Source: Macrostomum hystrix (lineage: Eukaryota > Animalia > Platyhelminthes). Taken from it: DNA of 64,000 nucleotides. Shown one piece after another: positions 13,908-44,600 of this stretch (positions are counted from its first letter, which is position 1; every line of letters begins with the position of its first letter). Under the pieces are notes generated by a model. The model was given only the letters and a program-made list of their open reading frames with translations. It searched no databases and had not been told where the DNA came from. The translations under genes were made by a program, and so were the position numbers. The stretch lies in contig CATNEN010000038.1 of the NCBI GenBank assembly GCA_950097015.1, positions 19,096,001 to 19,160,000 on the forward strand, in the 5' to 3' direction.

Positions 13908-15850
13908 ATGACCAATCTAGATGAGTCTGCATGACCAATCTAGATGAGCCTGCATGACCAATCTAGATGAGTCTGCATGACCAATCTAGATGAGTCTGCA
14001 TGATCAGTCTAGATGAGTCTGTATGACCATTCTAGATGAGTCTGTATGACCAATCTAGATGAGTTTGTATGATCAATCTAGATGAGTCTGCATGATCAAT
14101 CTAGATGAGTCTGCATGACCAATCTAGATGAGTCTGCATGATCAATCTAGATGAGTCTGCATGACCAATCTAGATGAGTCTGCATGATCAATCTAGATGA
14201 GTCTGCATGACCAATCTAGATGAGTCTGCATGATCAATCTAGATGAGTCTGCATGACCAATCTAGATGAGTCTGTATGACCAATCTAGATGAGTCTGCAT
14301 GATCAATCTAGATGAGTCTGCATGATCAATCTAGATGAGTCTGCATGACCAATCTAGATGAGTCTGCATGATCAATCTAGATGAGTCTGCATGATCAATC
14401 TAGATGAGTCTGCATGATCAGTCTAGATGAGTCTGTATGACCAGTCTAGATGAGTCTGCATGACCAATCTAGATGAGTCTGCATGACCAATCTAGATGAG
14501 CCTGCATGACCAATCTAGATGAGTCTGCATGATCAATCTAGATGAGTCTGCATGATCAATCTAGATGAGTCTGCATGATTAGTCTAGATGAGTCTGTATG
14601 ACCAGTCTAGATGAGTCTGTATGATCAATCTAGATGAGTCTGCATGATCAATCTAGATGAGTCTGCATGACCAATCTAGATGAGTCTGCATGACCAATCT
14701 AGATGAGTCTGCATGATCAATCTAGATGAGTCTGCATGATCAATCTAGATGAGTCTGCATGATCAATCTAGATGAGTCTGCATGACCAATCTAGATGAGT
14801 CTGTATGATCAATCTAGATGAGTCTGCATGACCAATCTAGATGAGTCTGTATGACCAATCTAGATGAGTCTGCATGATCAATCTAGATGAGTCTGCATGA
14901 TCAATCTAGATGAGTCTGCATGACCAATCTAGATGAGTCTGCATGATCAATCTAGATGAGTCTGCATGATCAATCTAGATGAGTCTGCATGATCAGTCTA
15001 GATGAGTCTGTATGACCAGTCTAGATGAGTCTGCATGACCAATCTAGATGAGTCTGCATGACCAATCTAGATGAGTCTGCATGACCAATCTAGATGAGTC
15101 TGCATGATCAATCTAGATGAGTCTGCATGATCAATCTAGATGAGTCTGCATGACCAATCTAGATGAGTCTGCATGACCAGTCTAGATGAGTCTGCATGAC
15201 CAATCTAGATGAGTCTGCATGATCAGTCTAGATGAGTCTGCATGACCAATCTAGATGAGTCTGCATGACCAATCTAGATGAGTCTGCATGACCAATCTAG
15301 ATGAGTCTGTATGACCAATCTAGATGAGTCTGCATGATCAATCTAGATGAGTCTGCATGATCAATCTAGATGAGTCTGCATGACCAATCTAGATGAGTCT
15401 GCATGATCAATCTAGATGAGTCTGCATGATCAATCTAGATGAGTCTGCATGATCAGTCTAGATGAGTCTGTATGACCAGTCTAGATGAGTCTGCATGACC
15501 AATCTAGATGAGTCTGCATGACCAATCTAGATGAGTCTGCATGACCAATCTAGATGAGTCTGCATGATCAATCTAGATGAGTCTGCATGATCAATCTAGA
15601 TGAGTCTGCATGATCAGTCTAGATGAGTCTGTATGACCAGTCTAGATGAGTCTGCATGACCAATCTAGATGAGTCTGCATGATCAGTCTAGATGAGTCTG
15701 CATGACCAATCTAGATGAGTCTGCATGACCAATCTAGATGAGTCTGCATGATCAATCTAGATGATTCTGTTTCACCTGCATGATTCTGCATGACCAATCT
15801 GGATAAGTCTGCAAGACCAATCAGGTAGAGTCAGCATGACCAATCTACAT
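13908..15850. repeat. 23-bp minisatellite, ~81 regular units plus a degenerate tail
   Basis: Same unit and variant order as 11467-12600, with additional units. Confidence 0.95.
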
Positions 15851-16537
15851 AAATACGAGAGAGACTAGACATTGGAGAGATAAGACACGAGTGAGGCTAG
15901 ACATGGGAGAGATGAGACACGAGTGAGGCTAGACATGGGAGAGATGAGACATGAGTGAGACTAGACATGGGAGAGATGAGACACGAGTGAGGCTAGACAT
16001 GGGAGAGATGAGACACGAGTGAGGCTAGACATGGGAGAGATGAGACACGAGTGAGACTAGACATGGGAGAGATGAGACACGAGTGAGGCTAGACATGGGA
16101 GAGATGAGACACGAGTGAGACTAGACATCGGAGAGATGAGACACGAGTGAGGCTAGACATGGGAGAGATGAGACACGAGTGAGACGAGATATGTTTCATG
16201 TAGCAGAATGTATTTTATGATTTTTATTCAATAAAGTACTTTAGGAGTCATAGTGTCTCTAAGCTGGTATACTGTTTATTGCTGAACCTGATATCAAGGA
16301 AGAAGCATTGAGAAAGCTGCATCAAAAGTTTTTTTTTCGCTTTTTTTACTAACGCCAGTCGAAAAAAAAGGATTTTCTATTGTTTTACCCTCTCACACAG
16401 TTGTGAATATCTTATTCTTCTATATCACACGATAGGACCACCCGTATGTGTTGCAGCTTTGCAATAAAAAATGTTTGTTAGATTCGCAAACAAGAATAGC
16501 GATGTTCTAACCCTTGCAAGTGCTCATATCCAATTGT

Positions 16538-17190
16538 TGATTCTTAGAAAATCTCTGACATCCTCCAACAGAATCGGATGTCAGGCAATCTGATTCTTAG
16601 AAAATCTCTGACATCCTCCAACAGAATCGGATGTCAGGCAATCTGATTCTTAGAATATCTCTGACATCCTCCAACAGAATCGGATGTCAGGCAATCTGAT
16701 TCTTAGAATATCTCTGACATCCTCCAAACGGAATCGGATGTCAGGCAATCTGATTCTTAGAATATCTCTGACATCCTCCAAACGGAATCGGATGTCAGGC
16801 AATCTGATTCTTAGAATATCTCTGACATCCTCCAAACGGAATCGGATGTCAGGCAATCTGATTCTTAGAATATCTCTGACATCCTCCAAACGGAATCGGA
16901 TGTCAGGCAATCTGATTCTTAGAAAATATCTGACATCCTCCAACGGAATCGGATGTCAGGCAATCTGATTCTTAGAAAATATCTGACATCCTCCAACGGA
17001 ATCGGATGTCAGGCAATCTGATTCTTAGAAAATCTCGTACATCCTCCAACGGAATCGGATGTCAGGCAATCTGATTCTTAGAAAATCTCTGACATCCTCC
17101 AACAGAATCGGAGTAACGTTTCCAATAATCTTATTCTAATAAAATATCTGACATTTTAAAACTGAATCAGATGTCAGAAAATATTATTCT
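16538..17190. repeat. ~54-bp minisatellite with an internal hairpin (ctgacatcc...ggatgtcag)
   Basis: Direct tandem units, each with a 9-bp inverted repeat. Confidence 0.9.
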
Positions 17191-17819
17191 AGGAAGGTCT
17201 TTGAAATTTTCCATTTGAAACATTTTTTATTAATTTGTTTTACTTTTTTCAAGTCAATCAATATCAGAGAATTGGACTTCAAGCCGCTTATCTTAATTAA
17301 ACACCTCTGACTTGTTATCTAGCGAGATAAGGCTGGGCTAATCATCGAAATGAGTTCATCCGTCATGTCACTCAGAGAAAGTGCAGAAAATGAAATGAGA
17401 TTTCTGCATTAGAATCTCCGGTCTCGTCACGGAATTAAACCCACAGCGGGTTTTCAATCAACATTTCTATCAATAATCGTATGCCGCCCAGCCTGTCTGC
17501 TATAAGGACTGATAGTTGGTGAATACCGAGGCGAAATTGAAATTGATTGCGAATCGGTCGGATTTGACTAAATCCAATAGGTTGCAGATGGGAGTAAAAC
17601 GGTTTCATTGCGGTAGAAATAAATGAAGAGAGAATCATAGAAGCGAAGAAGAGAGAAACTAGTTAAACGTTTTTAACTGATGGATTGACCCAATGTCCAA
17701 GCCTTCTCTTCTAGATATTTTCTTTTCTTCCTAATGATATTTACTATGTTATTCATACCCTTGCTACCAATGACCACTAGGGGAGAGGGACGGGAAACAA
17801 TGTTTCTTAGAAAAAGGTT

Positions 17820-18000
17820 TAGGGTAACTGGTTTTCACCGAAAAGGGGTTCCAGCTCAGTGCTCAGCCTCTCTGGGCTTTCTATTTCTGACTCCATTGGT
17901 ACAATTTGTGTCCTTTAGCAAGACTGGGTTAATTGCAGGTGGGGTGTGGCGTCCCCCCAGTCCATGGACTGAACAGCCATAAGCTGCCTTCAGATGCGCC
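17820..18000 (+). mobile_element. tRNA-derived SINE, family 1, diverged copy in the opposite orientation
   Basis: 17930-18000 (gtggcgtccccccagtccatggactgaacagcc...gccttcagatgcgcc) is the reverse complement of the 25855-25925 segment; the head is degenerate. Confidence 0.65.
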
Positions 18001-19129
18001 TAGGGCTAATCTTCCCTAGGGCTGCGATTCGAACTCAGGGCGTGTATACGTCATGAGTTCGAATCCATTCGCTATTAATAATTGATCAGGGAGAGTTCAG
18101 GTCAGCAGAGTGGACAGAAATCCACAGGTCCATTGTTGCTTAATTGTGCGTCAGTTTGAGTGAAAAATTTCTAGTTCAACTCTCAATCCATATGCATCAG
18201 CTCCTTCCAGAAATCAACTATTTCTACACATATCGGACAGAAGCTCGACCCAATTCCTTGATTTGGCGGGAAGCGGGATGAAACGAGTAGAGGGACGAGA
18301 TGCAAATGTTGAATAATGATGGCCCGTGGGTTTCGGTCGAGAACTCAAGCTCAAAGCGCACGTTGAGCAGGCAGGGCTGGTCATGACGAATAAAACTTAT
18401 GTTTTACGGATCATTCTCGTCAGCTCTCTCTCTCTCTGGGTAGGAAATGCAAATGAGAAGGCGTCGATTGCAATTTACTCTCTCCTGCAGCTGGTGGCGC
18501 AGGAGCTGCAATATTTACGATCATTGCATCCCCCACCGAATCCAGGGATCCTGGGGCCAGCCTGAGAATGGGATTTTTTGGGAATTTCTTGCCCCAGATT
18601 TCCCTTTCTACGCGATTTTTTCACTTTCTCTCTCTCTTGCTCTTCAAAGGCAGGAGCCAAAAAAGGTTCTGCCGGGTTCGCCAGAGTCACACTGGCCCTG
18701 CTGCTCTTCCCCAACATTATAATCCCCATTCTGCCTGCGCTCACTGCTGATCCCATATTCGTCGATCCCATTATATCTCCCCTATTTCTCCCCCAGGTTT
18801 TCTTTTCAGAACTCGTGAGAAAATACTTATCCCATAATCTGGTTCCTTATAGTCGCAGGGATTACACGGGCCCATAGAGCAAAAGAGTGTGCAATAGAAC
18901 TTCAGTACTGGCTTTTGAAGATACAGCGACTAAAAATTCTGCTTTTGGGGACCAATGGAATAGATTTAAAGCAGGGATATCAGCGCGAAATTATTGGAAT
19001 ATAATGACAATTCGACCCGAGGCCAGTTAATATGCTAATCTGCTCATTCCACTGAATGCTGAGCACACAGTCTCACAGGTGTGTACATATGCCCTGACTT
19101 TTTCCATTGTCTCCCTTGTTCTCCCTTCT

Positions 19130-20010
19130 TAGAAATAACTCAACTTGACCTTGAGTCTCGTAGATGAGGCTCTAGTTTCTAAGAAACAACTCAGTTTTAC
19201 CTTGAGTCTCGTAGATGAGGCTCTAGTTTCTTAGATACAACTCAGTTTTACCTTGAGTCTCGTAGATGAGGCTCTAGTTTCTTAGATACAACTCAGTTTT
19301 ACCTTGAGTCTCGTAGATGAGGCTCTATAGTTTCTTAGATACAACTCAGTTTTACCTTGAGTCTCGTAGATGAGGCTCTAGTTTCTTAGAAACAACTCAG
19401 TTTTACCTTGAGTCTCGTAGATGAGGCTCTAGTTTCTTAGAAACAACTCAACTTGACCTTGAGTCTCGTAGATGAGGCTCTAGTTTCTTAGATACAACTC
19501 AGTTTTACCTTGAGTCTCGTAGATGAGGCTCTAGTTTCTTAGAAACAACTCAGCTTGACCTTGAGTCTCATAGATGAGGCGCTAGTTTCTTAGATACAAC
19601 TCAGTTTTACCTTGAGTCTCGTAGATGAGGCGCTAGTTTCTTAGATACAACTCAGTTTTACCTTGAGTCTCGTAGATGAGGCTTTAGTTTCTTAGAAACA
19701 ACTCAGCTTGACCTTGAGTCTCATAGATGAGGCGCTAGTTTCTTAGATACAACTCAGTTTTACCTTGAGTCTCGTAGATGAGGCTCTAGCTTCTTAGAAA
19801 CAACTCAGTTTTACCATGAGTCTCATAGATGAGGCGCTAGTTTCTTAGATACAACTCAGCTTGACCTTGAGTGTCATAGATGAGGCTCTAGTTTCTTAGA
19901 AACAACTCAGCTTGACCTTGAGTCTCATAGATGAGGCGCTAGTTTCTTAGATACAACTCAGCTTGACCTTGAGTCTCGTAGATGAGGCGCTAGTTTTTTA
20001 GAAACAGCTC
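19130..20010. repeat. ~51-bp minisatellite (ttagatacaactcagttttaccttgagtctcgtagatgaggctctagtttc)
   Basis: Direct tandem units. Confidence 0.9.
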
Positions 20011-20644
20011 CCGTGACCTTGAGAGCCGTAGATTAAAGACATGCTTTCTCAGAGTCAATATCCTACGTCAGGAAGAATTATTCGCAGATCCCTTAAGTTG
20101 TCCTCCCTACTCATTCTCATTTCATCTGCTGCTTTGGCTGCAACTCAAACCACCTGTTTGTTAGCCTGAGCATTGCCTTATGAGGAGGCGATATTGGCAA
20201 ACGCATTTAGTTGACAGCGCAAATACGCGGCGGGTTAGATTTTCGGGGTAAATTGTCAATTTCTCTTGTCTGCACTTCAGTGAGGAGACGGGAGCTGCTG
20301 CTGTAGGAGATACGAGATATCGCGCGTCTTAAAAATGTCTTTCAAACTATTGCTAGTATCGCCTATTGGCAGGTTACTACGAGCGTATGTTTCAATCACT
20401 TTTAATTCCCAGGCATCTGAGCAATATCTAAAATAGGATATGGTCTTCATTCAGCTTGAATTTAATCAAATTCTGTTCCCCCAACTGAGATGACAAATTT
20501 CCTGCTTTAATTAGGAAATAAATTAGTGAAATATTGCCCTGACTCCAATGTGATAAAAAGCACCTGTTCAAAAAAAATGACAGCAACTATTGCCTTTCTA
20601 GGATATTTTTGTTACAATCCGCCCATGCGAATATCATGCAGTGA

Positions 20645-21170
20645 ATGATACTGGCTAATGCAGTTGGATACTGGCTAATGCTGTTGGATACTGGCTAATG
20701 CAGTTGGATACTGGCTAATGCTGTTGGATACTGGCTAATGCTGTTGGATACTGGCTAATGCAATTTGATACTGGCTAATGCTGTTGGATACTGGCTAATG
20801 CTATTTGATACTGGCTAAGGTTATTTGATAACTGGCTAATGCTATTTGATAACTGGCTAATGCTATTTGATAACTGGCTAATGCTATTTGATAACTGGCT
20901 AATGCTGTTGGATTCTGGCTAATGTTGTTGGATACTGGCTAATGCTGTTGGATACTGGCTAATGTTGTTGGATACTGGCTAATGCTGTTGGATACTGGCT
21001 AATGCTGTTGGATACTGGCTAATGCTGTTGGATACTGGCTAATGCTGTTGGATACTGGCTAATGCTATTTGATACTGGCTAATACAATTTGATACTCGTA
21101 CTGGCTAATGCTGTTGGATACTGGCTAATGCTGTTGGATACTGGCTAATGCTATTTGATACTGGCTAAAA
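20645..21170. repeat. 20-bp minisatellite (gatactggctaatgctgttg)
   Basis: Direct tandem units. Confidence 0.9.
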
Positions 21171-21421
21171 TTTGCTATATCTATTTGATCCTGATGTCTG
21201 AAGCTGATGTATTTGAATATTGTCTAAGGCGATTGTAAAGTCTATAAGCTTCAGCCGCAAGCTATGCTATGGAAACTGGTTCTAAAAGCTAGAAACTTTG
21301 GACTAAGAACTTGTCTTTAGATTCTGTGAATTAATCTTCTTTTATTCTTAACCTTGTTGCTTTCAGATTTCAAAGTTGTCAGCCATAACTGACGGTTGCG
21401 ACAGACTGCAGCTTTTTCGCA

Positions 21422-39003
<17,582 letters not shown>

Positions 39004-39435
39004 AAACGCAGTTGACTTTTTTAACTACAAAACTTGCAATTTAGCATTGTGGACCTACGATTTCGCATTATGTAAAACAACAAAATAAAGAAGGTCTAAA
39101 AAGACATTGAATTATAACTGTCGTCCAAAATTATATTTAAAATTAATTTACTAACTACACTACTGATCATAGAATTGAGTAGCACTTAATGAGTTTCCAA
39201 TTAGAAACATTTTTGTTTTATGCATGCATTTTTATTCAGATACTTTATTAGCCTCGTTCTGCATTCTAAAAATTAACTTAAGACTCTTTGCTTTAACTAA
39301 TTGACAGTAAAAACACCGTGGGGGTATTTCGAATATCCACACATTTTTATAGCTCCCAAAAAATCAACCAATCACCGTGAAAATCCAGAACACGGGTTAA
39401 GTTTTTCTCTGCATCCGATGAAAAAACTTCCACAA

Positions 39436-40058
39436 TCACTGTACACCCTGTACATCACATCACCGTACATCACATCACTGTACATCACATCACTGTACAT
39501 CACATCACTGTACATCACATCACTGTACATCACATCACTGTACATCACATCACTGTACATCACATCACTGTACATCACATCACTGTACATCACATCACTG
39601 TACATCACATCACTGTACATCACATCACTGTACATCACATCACTGTACATCACATCACTGTACATCACATCACTGTACATCACATCACTGTACATCACAT
39701 CACTGTACATCACATCACTGTACATCACATCACTGTACATCACATCACTGTACATCACATCACTGTACATCACATCACTGTACATCACATCACTGTACAT
39801 CACATCACTGTACATCACATCACTGTACATCACATCACTGTACATCACATCACTGTACATCACATCACTGTACGTCACATCACTGTACATCACATCACTG
39901 TACATCACATCACTGTACATCACATCACTGTACATCACATCACTGTACATCACATCACTGTACATCACATCACTGTACATCACATCACTGTACATCACAT
40001 CACTGTACATCACATCACTGTACATCACATCACTGTACGTCACATCACTGTACATCAC
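39436..40058. repeat. 15-bp minisatellite (tcactgtacatcaca)
   Basis: Nearly perfect tandem array. Confidence 0.95.
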
Positions 40059-40219
40059 AAAACATCGACATCGTCTCGTCGGCGTGTCTAGTGGCAGAAA
40101 CCACGAATATAGGCATCGGTTTGCTAATAAAAAAACGCAAACGCAAATAAGTTATCAAAGGCAAAGGAAATGAAGATGAAATATTTTTATGTGCATTGTG
40201 ATCAATGATGGACTTGTAG

Positions 40220-41090
40220 GATCGCCATACAGAGATCTAATCTCCGAGGAGATCCTCCGCATGCAGGAATCCCAGAAGCTGATGCGGTTGAAGATGGCCT
40301 ACTTCAATGCCATTTCGGCAGCGGAGATAATCGACGCCAACTGCTCTAACTCGGGTCAGCGAGCCCAAGAGATGCTTGAACTGACAATCGAACACGTCGG
40401 CGGCGCATTTCTGGCTCTTCTGATAGGTCTGACAGTTGCTGGCCTACTTTGTGGACTGGAGTCTCTTTTACTACGGCCAAGACAACGCTGCGAAAGCGGC
40501 AAAATGGGCCGTAGAAAATGTTTAGAAGCGCCTATGCCGCCAGTGAGTGTAAGGGCCTTTGATTGGATTTGAGTGTCAGCCAATCAGAGAGCAGATAGGG
40601 TACAAGCGAATGAGAGTAGTAGGAAAATGATCCACTCTGCCCCATGCGCACCGATTGGTCGGCGAGGGAGGTGGGGTGGTGGTCAGAGTGTAGGACTGGA
40701 AAGGGGTATGAGGGGTCGGCATGAAGGGGTGTGGGGTATGAGGGGCTGGGCATGTGCCGTACCCTATCTGTCTTCTGATTGGTAGAACTGACTGGTCAGC
40801 GAGTGGTCGCATTCTTTCTTATTTTTTTTATCGCGCCGCTTGGGGTCGTGAAGTTTATGCAAGTCTTTTAAAACAACAAGTATTGCAAGCATTTCTGTGT
40901 ATTTTCTGCCCACAAAAAGTGTTTTCTTATAATTTTTCAGCTTAGCCATGACCGCCCACAACAAGAAATTCGGCAGTTTGATTCGATTTCGGATTATCGA
41001 GACCCAAAAGATAACTGGACCTGTACTGGTCAGCTGGTCTCAAGCACTGCAGCCAATCGATATTGTTCCATTGACGGCTCGTGTCGATGA
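40220..41090 (+). CDS. Alternative 3' module of the kainate-type receptor (isoform B): exon 40220-40542 (end of S2, M4, proximal tail) plus terminal exon 40941-41090
   Basis: Acceptor ttgtag|GA at 40219/40220 is phase 1, matching the donor at 36550. It encodes GSPYRDLISEEILRMQESQKL...C...LTIEHVGGAFLALLIGLTVAGLLCGLE, paralogous to exon 37210-37475. Donor CCA|gtgagt at 40542; acceptor tttttcag|CTT at 40941 is open to TGA at 41088-41090. Confidence 0.75.
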
Positions 41091-41627
41091 TTCACAATGA
41101 TTGACTTCGAATCGAAGCAAAGTCTAGTCTGATTAAAATTTCTCGCAGATGTTGTAGAAAGTACATTTATAAAAATTACTTAAAGTAGTATTCGTTTATT
41201 AAAGCGTAAATGTATTTTTGTAATGCTTCTACAATTCACTAATTTACGACCCGTTTATGAAAGAACCTTCATTCCTTAACGGCTATCTCAGTGTTTTCTT
41301 AAATTCACTTTGCTGTAAGTAACTATGTCATATATTTCATCAACTCAAGCTGAACTTTTGTGTCGATGACAAAAACTTGACTTACGTCTGACTGGCTTAC
41401 TTCCTGCCAGCCTTCTGAGCCAACGGAAGCTATACGTATGAGAGCTGTGTGGCCTCAATAGACTCAATTGAGTATAGACTCAATTCACCACTTTATAGCC
41501 AGAAGAGAGATGGAGATGATGCGATGCTGGCTTTAGAAAAGCCACCCGATTGTCCGATTGTTCCTTGCGCGTATAAAAGGCTTTTTAGTTTAGAAGTCAT
41601 CCACTTCCATAGCAACTGTTTTCTGCG

Positions 41628-44600
41628 ATGGCTACTGACCAGGAGAGACTGAATCTGGCCACCCGCCTGTCTGAGGAGGCTGTGAGTATGCGCCTCAGGG
41701 CCATCAGCCTGCGAGACGAGGAGGTCTCACGACTGGAGAATGATGCCCGAATGCTTGACGCTGTGCTGGCCAAGATTGAGGCCAACAAATTGAAGAACTA
41801 CCGACAGAATATCAAGTACAAGTCCAGTGAGTGTGCGCTCCGCTGATAAGGTACTTAGCAACTAAAATGGTTATCGTTGGGATGAAGTCTATGGCTATGA
41901 TTTTTCAGAATATATAAGATAATTCACAACCGGCATCAAGATTTTAGTCGTAGTTGGGATCAGGAAATTAATCATAATTGGGATGAGGAAATTGATCAAA
42001 ATTAGGATGAGGAAATTGATCATAATTGGGATCAGGAAAATGATCATAATTGGGATCAGGAAATGGATCCTAATAAGGATCAGGAAATTGATCATATTGG
42101 TATCAGGAAATTGATCATATTGGTATCAGGAAATTGATCATATTGGTATCAGGAAATTGATCATATTGGGATCAGGAAATGGATCCTAATAAGGATCAGG
42201 AAATTGATCATATTGGTATCAGGAAATTGATCATATTGGTATCAGGAAATTGATCATATTGGTATCAGGAAATTGATCATATTGGTATCAGGAAATTGAT
42301 CATATTGGTATCAGGAAATTGATCATATTGGGATCAGGAAATGGATCCTAATAAGGATCAGGAAATTGATCATATTGGTATCAGGAAATTGATCATATTG
42401 GTATCAGGAAATTGATCATATTGGTATCAGGAAATTGATCATATTGGGATCAGGAAATTGATCATATTGGTATCAGGAAATTGATCATATTGGTATCAGG
42501 AAATTGATCATATTGGGATCAGGAAATTGATCATATTGGTATCAGGAAATTGATCATATTGGGATCAGGAAATTGATCATATTGGGATCAGGAAATTGAT
42601 CATATTGGTATCAGGAAATCGATCATAATTAGGATCAGGAAATGGGTCAGAATGGGGATCGGGAAATAATCAAAATTGGGATTAGCATTATCTTGGTTTT
42701 TAATTAGACTAGACATAAGGATATATCAACGATAGGAGTATAGAAATCTACGAGTATATTAGTAGTACCTATTTTTTAAACGAAAACGGGGGATAAATTT
42801 TGTATGAAAACTTCTTAGGTTACTACTACTCTGCTGGCAAGTAGTCACACAGGAAAATTAATTCTCCGAAAAGCAGGGAAAGCGCGCGAAGAGTTTGAAG
42901 AGCGGCTGCAGCGCTGGCGACAGCAGGAGGCCGACGAACCCGACTGGAGGCTGCCGCCGCCGCCGAGGAGTCCGCAAATCCGGCTGGACATGCGGCTGAT
43001 GTGGCCAAGCCAGAAGTCTATCGGCTATTACAGGACCTTGTATCGGCAGCTGGTGCGGCGACCCGAGTCCAGACTGGGGGAAAAGTGCATCCAGGTTGTT
43101 TTCTGGTGGATTCTGATTCTTAGATTCTCAATCATTTGTGTAATTCTTAGAAATAACCTGCTGCAATGGATTCTTAGAAATAACCTGCTGCAATGGATTC
43201 TTAGAAATAACCTGCTGCAATGGATTCTTAGAAATAACCTGCTGCAATGGATTCTTAGAAATAACCTGCTGCAATGGATTCTTAGAAATAACCTGCTGCA
43301 ATGGATTCTTAGGAATAACCTGCTGCAATGGATTCTTAGAAATAACATGCTACTTGATTCTTAGGAATAACCTGCTGCAATGGATTCTTAGAAATAACCT
43401 GCTGCAATGCATTCTTAGAAATAACATGCTACTTGATTCTTAGGAATAACCTGCTGCAATGGATTCTTAGAAATAACCTGCTGCAATGGATTCTTGGAAA
43501 AAGCATGCTGTCTGATTCTTAGAATTAGCCGTTGCCTGATTATTAGAAATACTTACTTGCCTGATTCTTATAGTCATTAGTTTTATTTTCGGAATTAACT
43601 GACTTTCAGATTGTCAGTTAATAACTCGATGGCGAGGTTCTTATAAAACACCGCGGTTGCCTATTATAAGAAATAACCGGTCGCAAGGTTAATAAATTTT
43701 ACTTTATGAAAACTTTATTAGTATTCATGGATCGCCAGATTCTTAACGATAACGTCCATGGCAATATTCTTAAAAACACTTGTTTATACGAGCTATGTTT
43801 CATAGAAAAACTGCGACTTTTGAATTCTGAGAAGGAATGTAAGATCTCAAAAAATCAACAGCTTCATTTCATTTCAGTATTAAACTTTTGACTTGTTTTA
43901 ATCCTTGCTTAAAAAGGCCCTGAAGGAGCGTCCAGGTCTTCAACGCGATGAGGCGATCGCAGACTCAGCCGAAGACAGCTCAAAGCTTTGCTGCCTGGCT
44001 GAGCTGGACAAGGAGCTGAGATCGCGGCCTGCGGCTGGGTGTCAAAGACTGGCGGAAAAGCAGCTGCTCATCAGGGCAGAGCTGCAGGTGAGAGGGCAGT
44101 CGAAATGGGATGTGAGGGAAGTGGAAATGGGATGTGAGGGAAGTGGAAATGAGATGTGAGGGAAGTGGAAATGGGATGTGAGGGAAGTGGAAATGGGATG
44201 TGAGGGAAGTGGAAAAGGGATGTGAGGGAAGTGGAAATCGGATGTGAGGGAAGTGGAAATCGGATGTGAGGGAAGTGGAAATGGGATGTGAGGGAAGTGG
44301 AAATGGGATGTGAGGGAAGTGGAAATGGGATGTGAGGGAAGTGGAAATGGGATGTGAGGGAAGTGGAAATCGGATGTGAGGGAAGTGGAAATGGGATGTG
44401 AGGGAAGTGGAAATGAGATGTGAGGGAAGTGGAAATGGGATGTGAGGGAAGTGGAAATGGGATGTGAGGGAAGTGGAAATGGGATGTGAGGGAAGTGGAA
44501 ATGGGATGTGAGGGAAGTGGAAATGGGATGTGAGGGAAGTGGAAATGGGATGTGAGGGAAGTGGAAATGGGATGTGAGGGAAGTGGAAATGGGATGTCAG

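Larger units (their letters stand above)
10161..15770. repeat. Tandem segmental duplication, offset 2441 bp (copy 1 10161-12601, copy 2 from 12602)
   Basis: The unique sequence gaatcgaaaattttgcgcttcg... recurs at 12602, and identical ORFs appear at 10805 and 13246. The copies differ visibly only in the number of 23-bp units. Confidence 0.95.

Noticed and set aside
11467-15850. Regular 23-54-bp repeats resembling CRISPR arrays
   Set aside because: Units are head-to-tail without unique spacers; no cas genes; eukaryotic context.
18326-18877. Cluster of overlapping short ORFs (also 27486-27779 and 59534-59804)
   Set aside because: No domain motifs or consistent splice structure; probably decayed repeat or TE sequence that I cannot classify.
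40189-40572. Stand-alone second iGluR gene or pseudogene
   Set aside because: No room or trace of its own upstream exons, and its splice phase matches the donor at 36550, so an alternative exon fits better; a truncated paralogue is not fully excluded.
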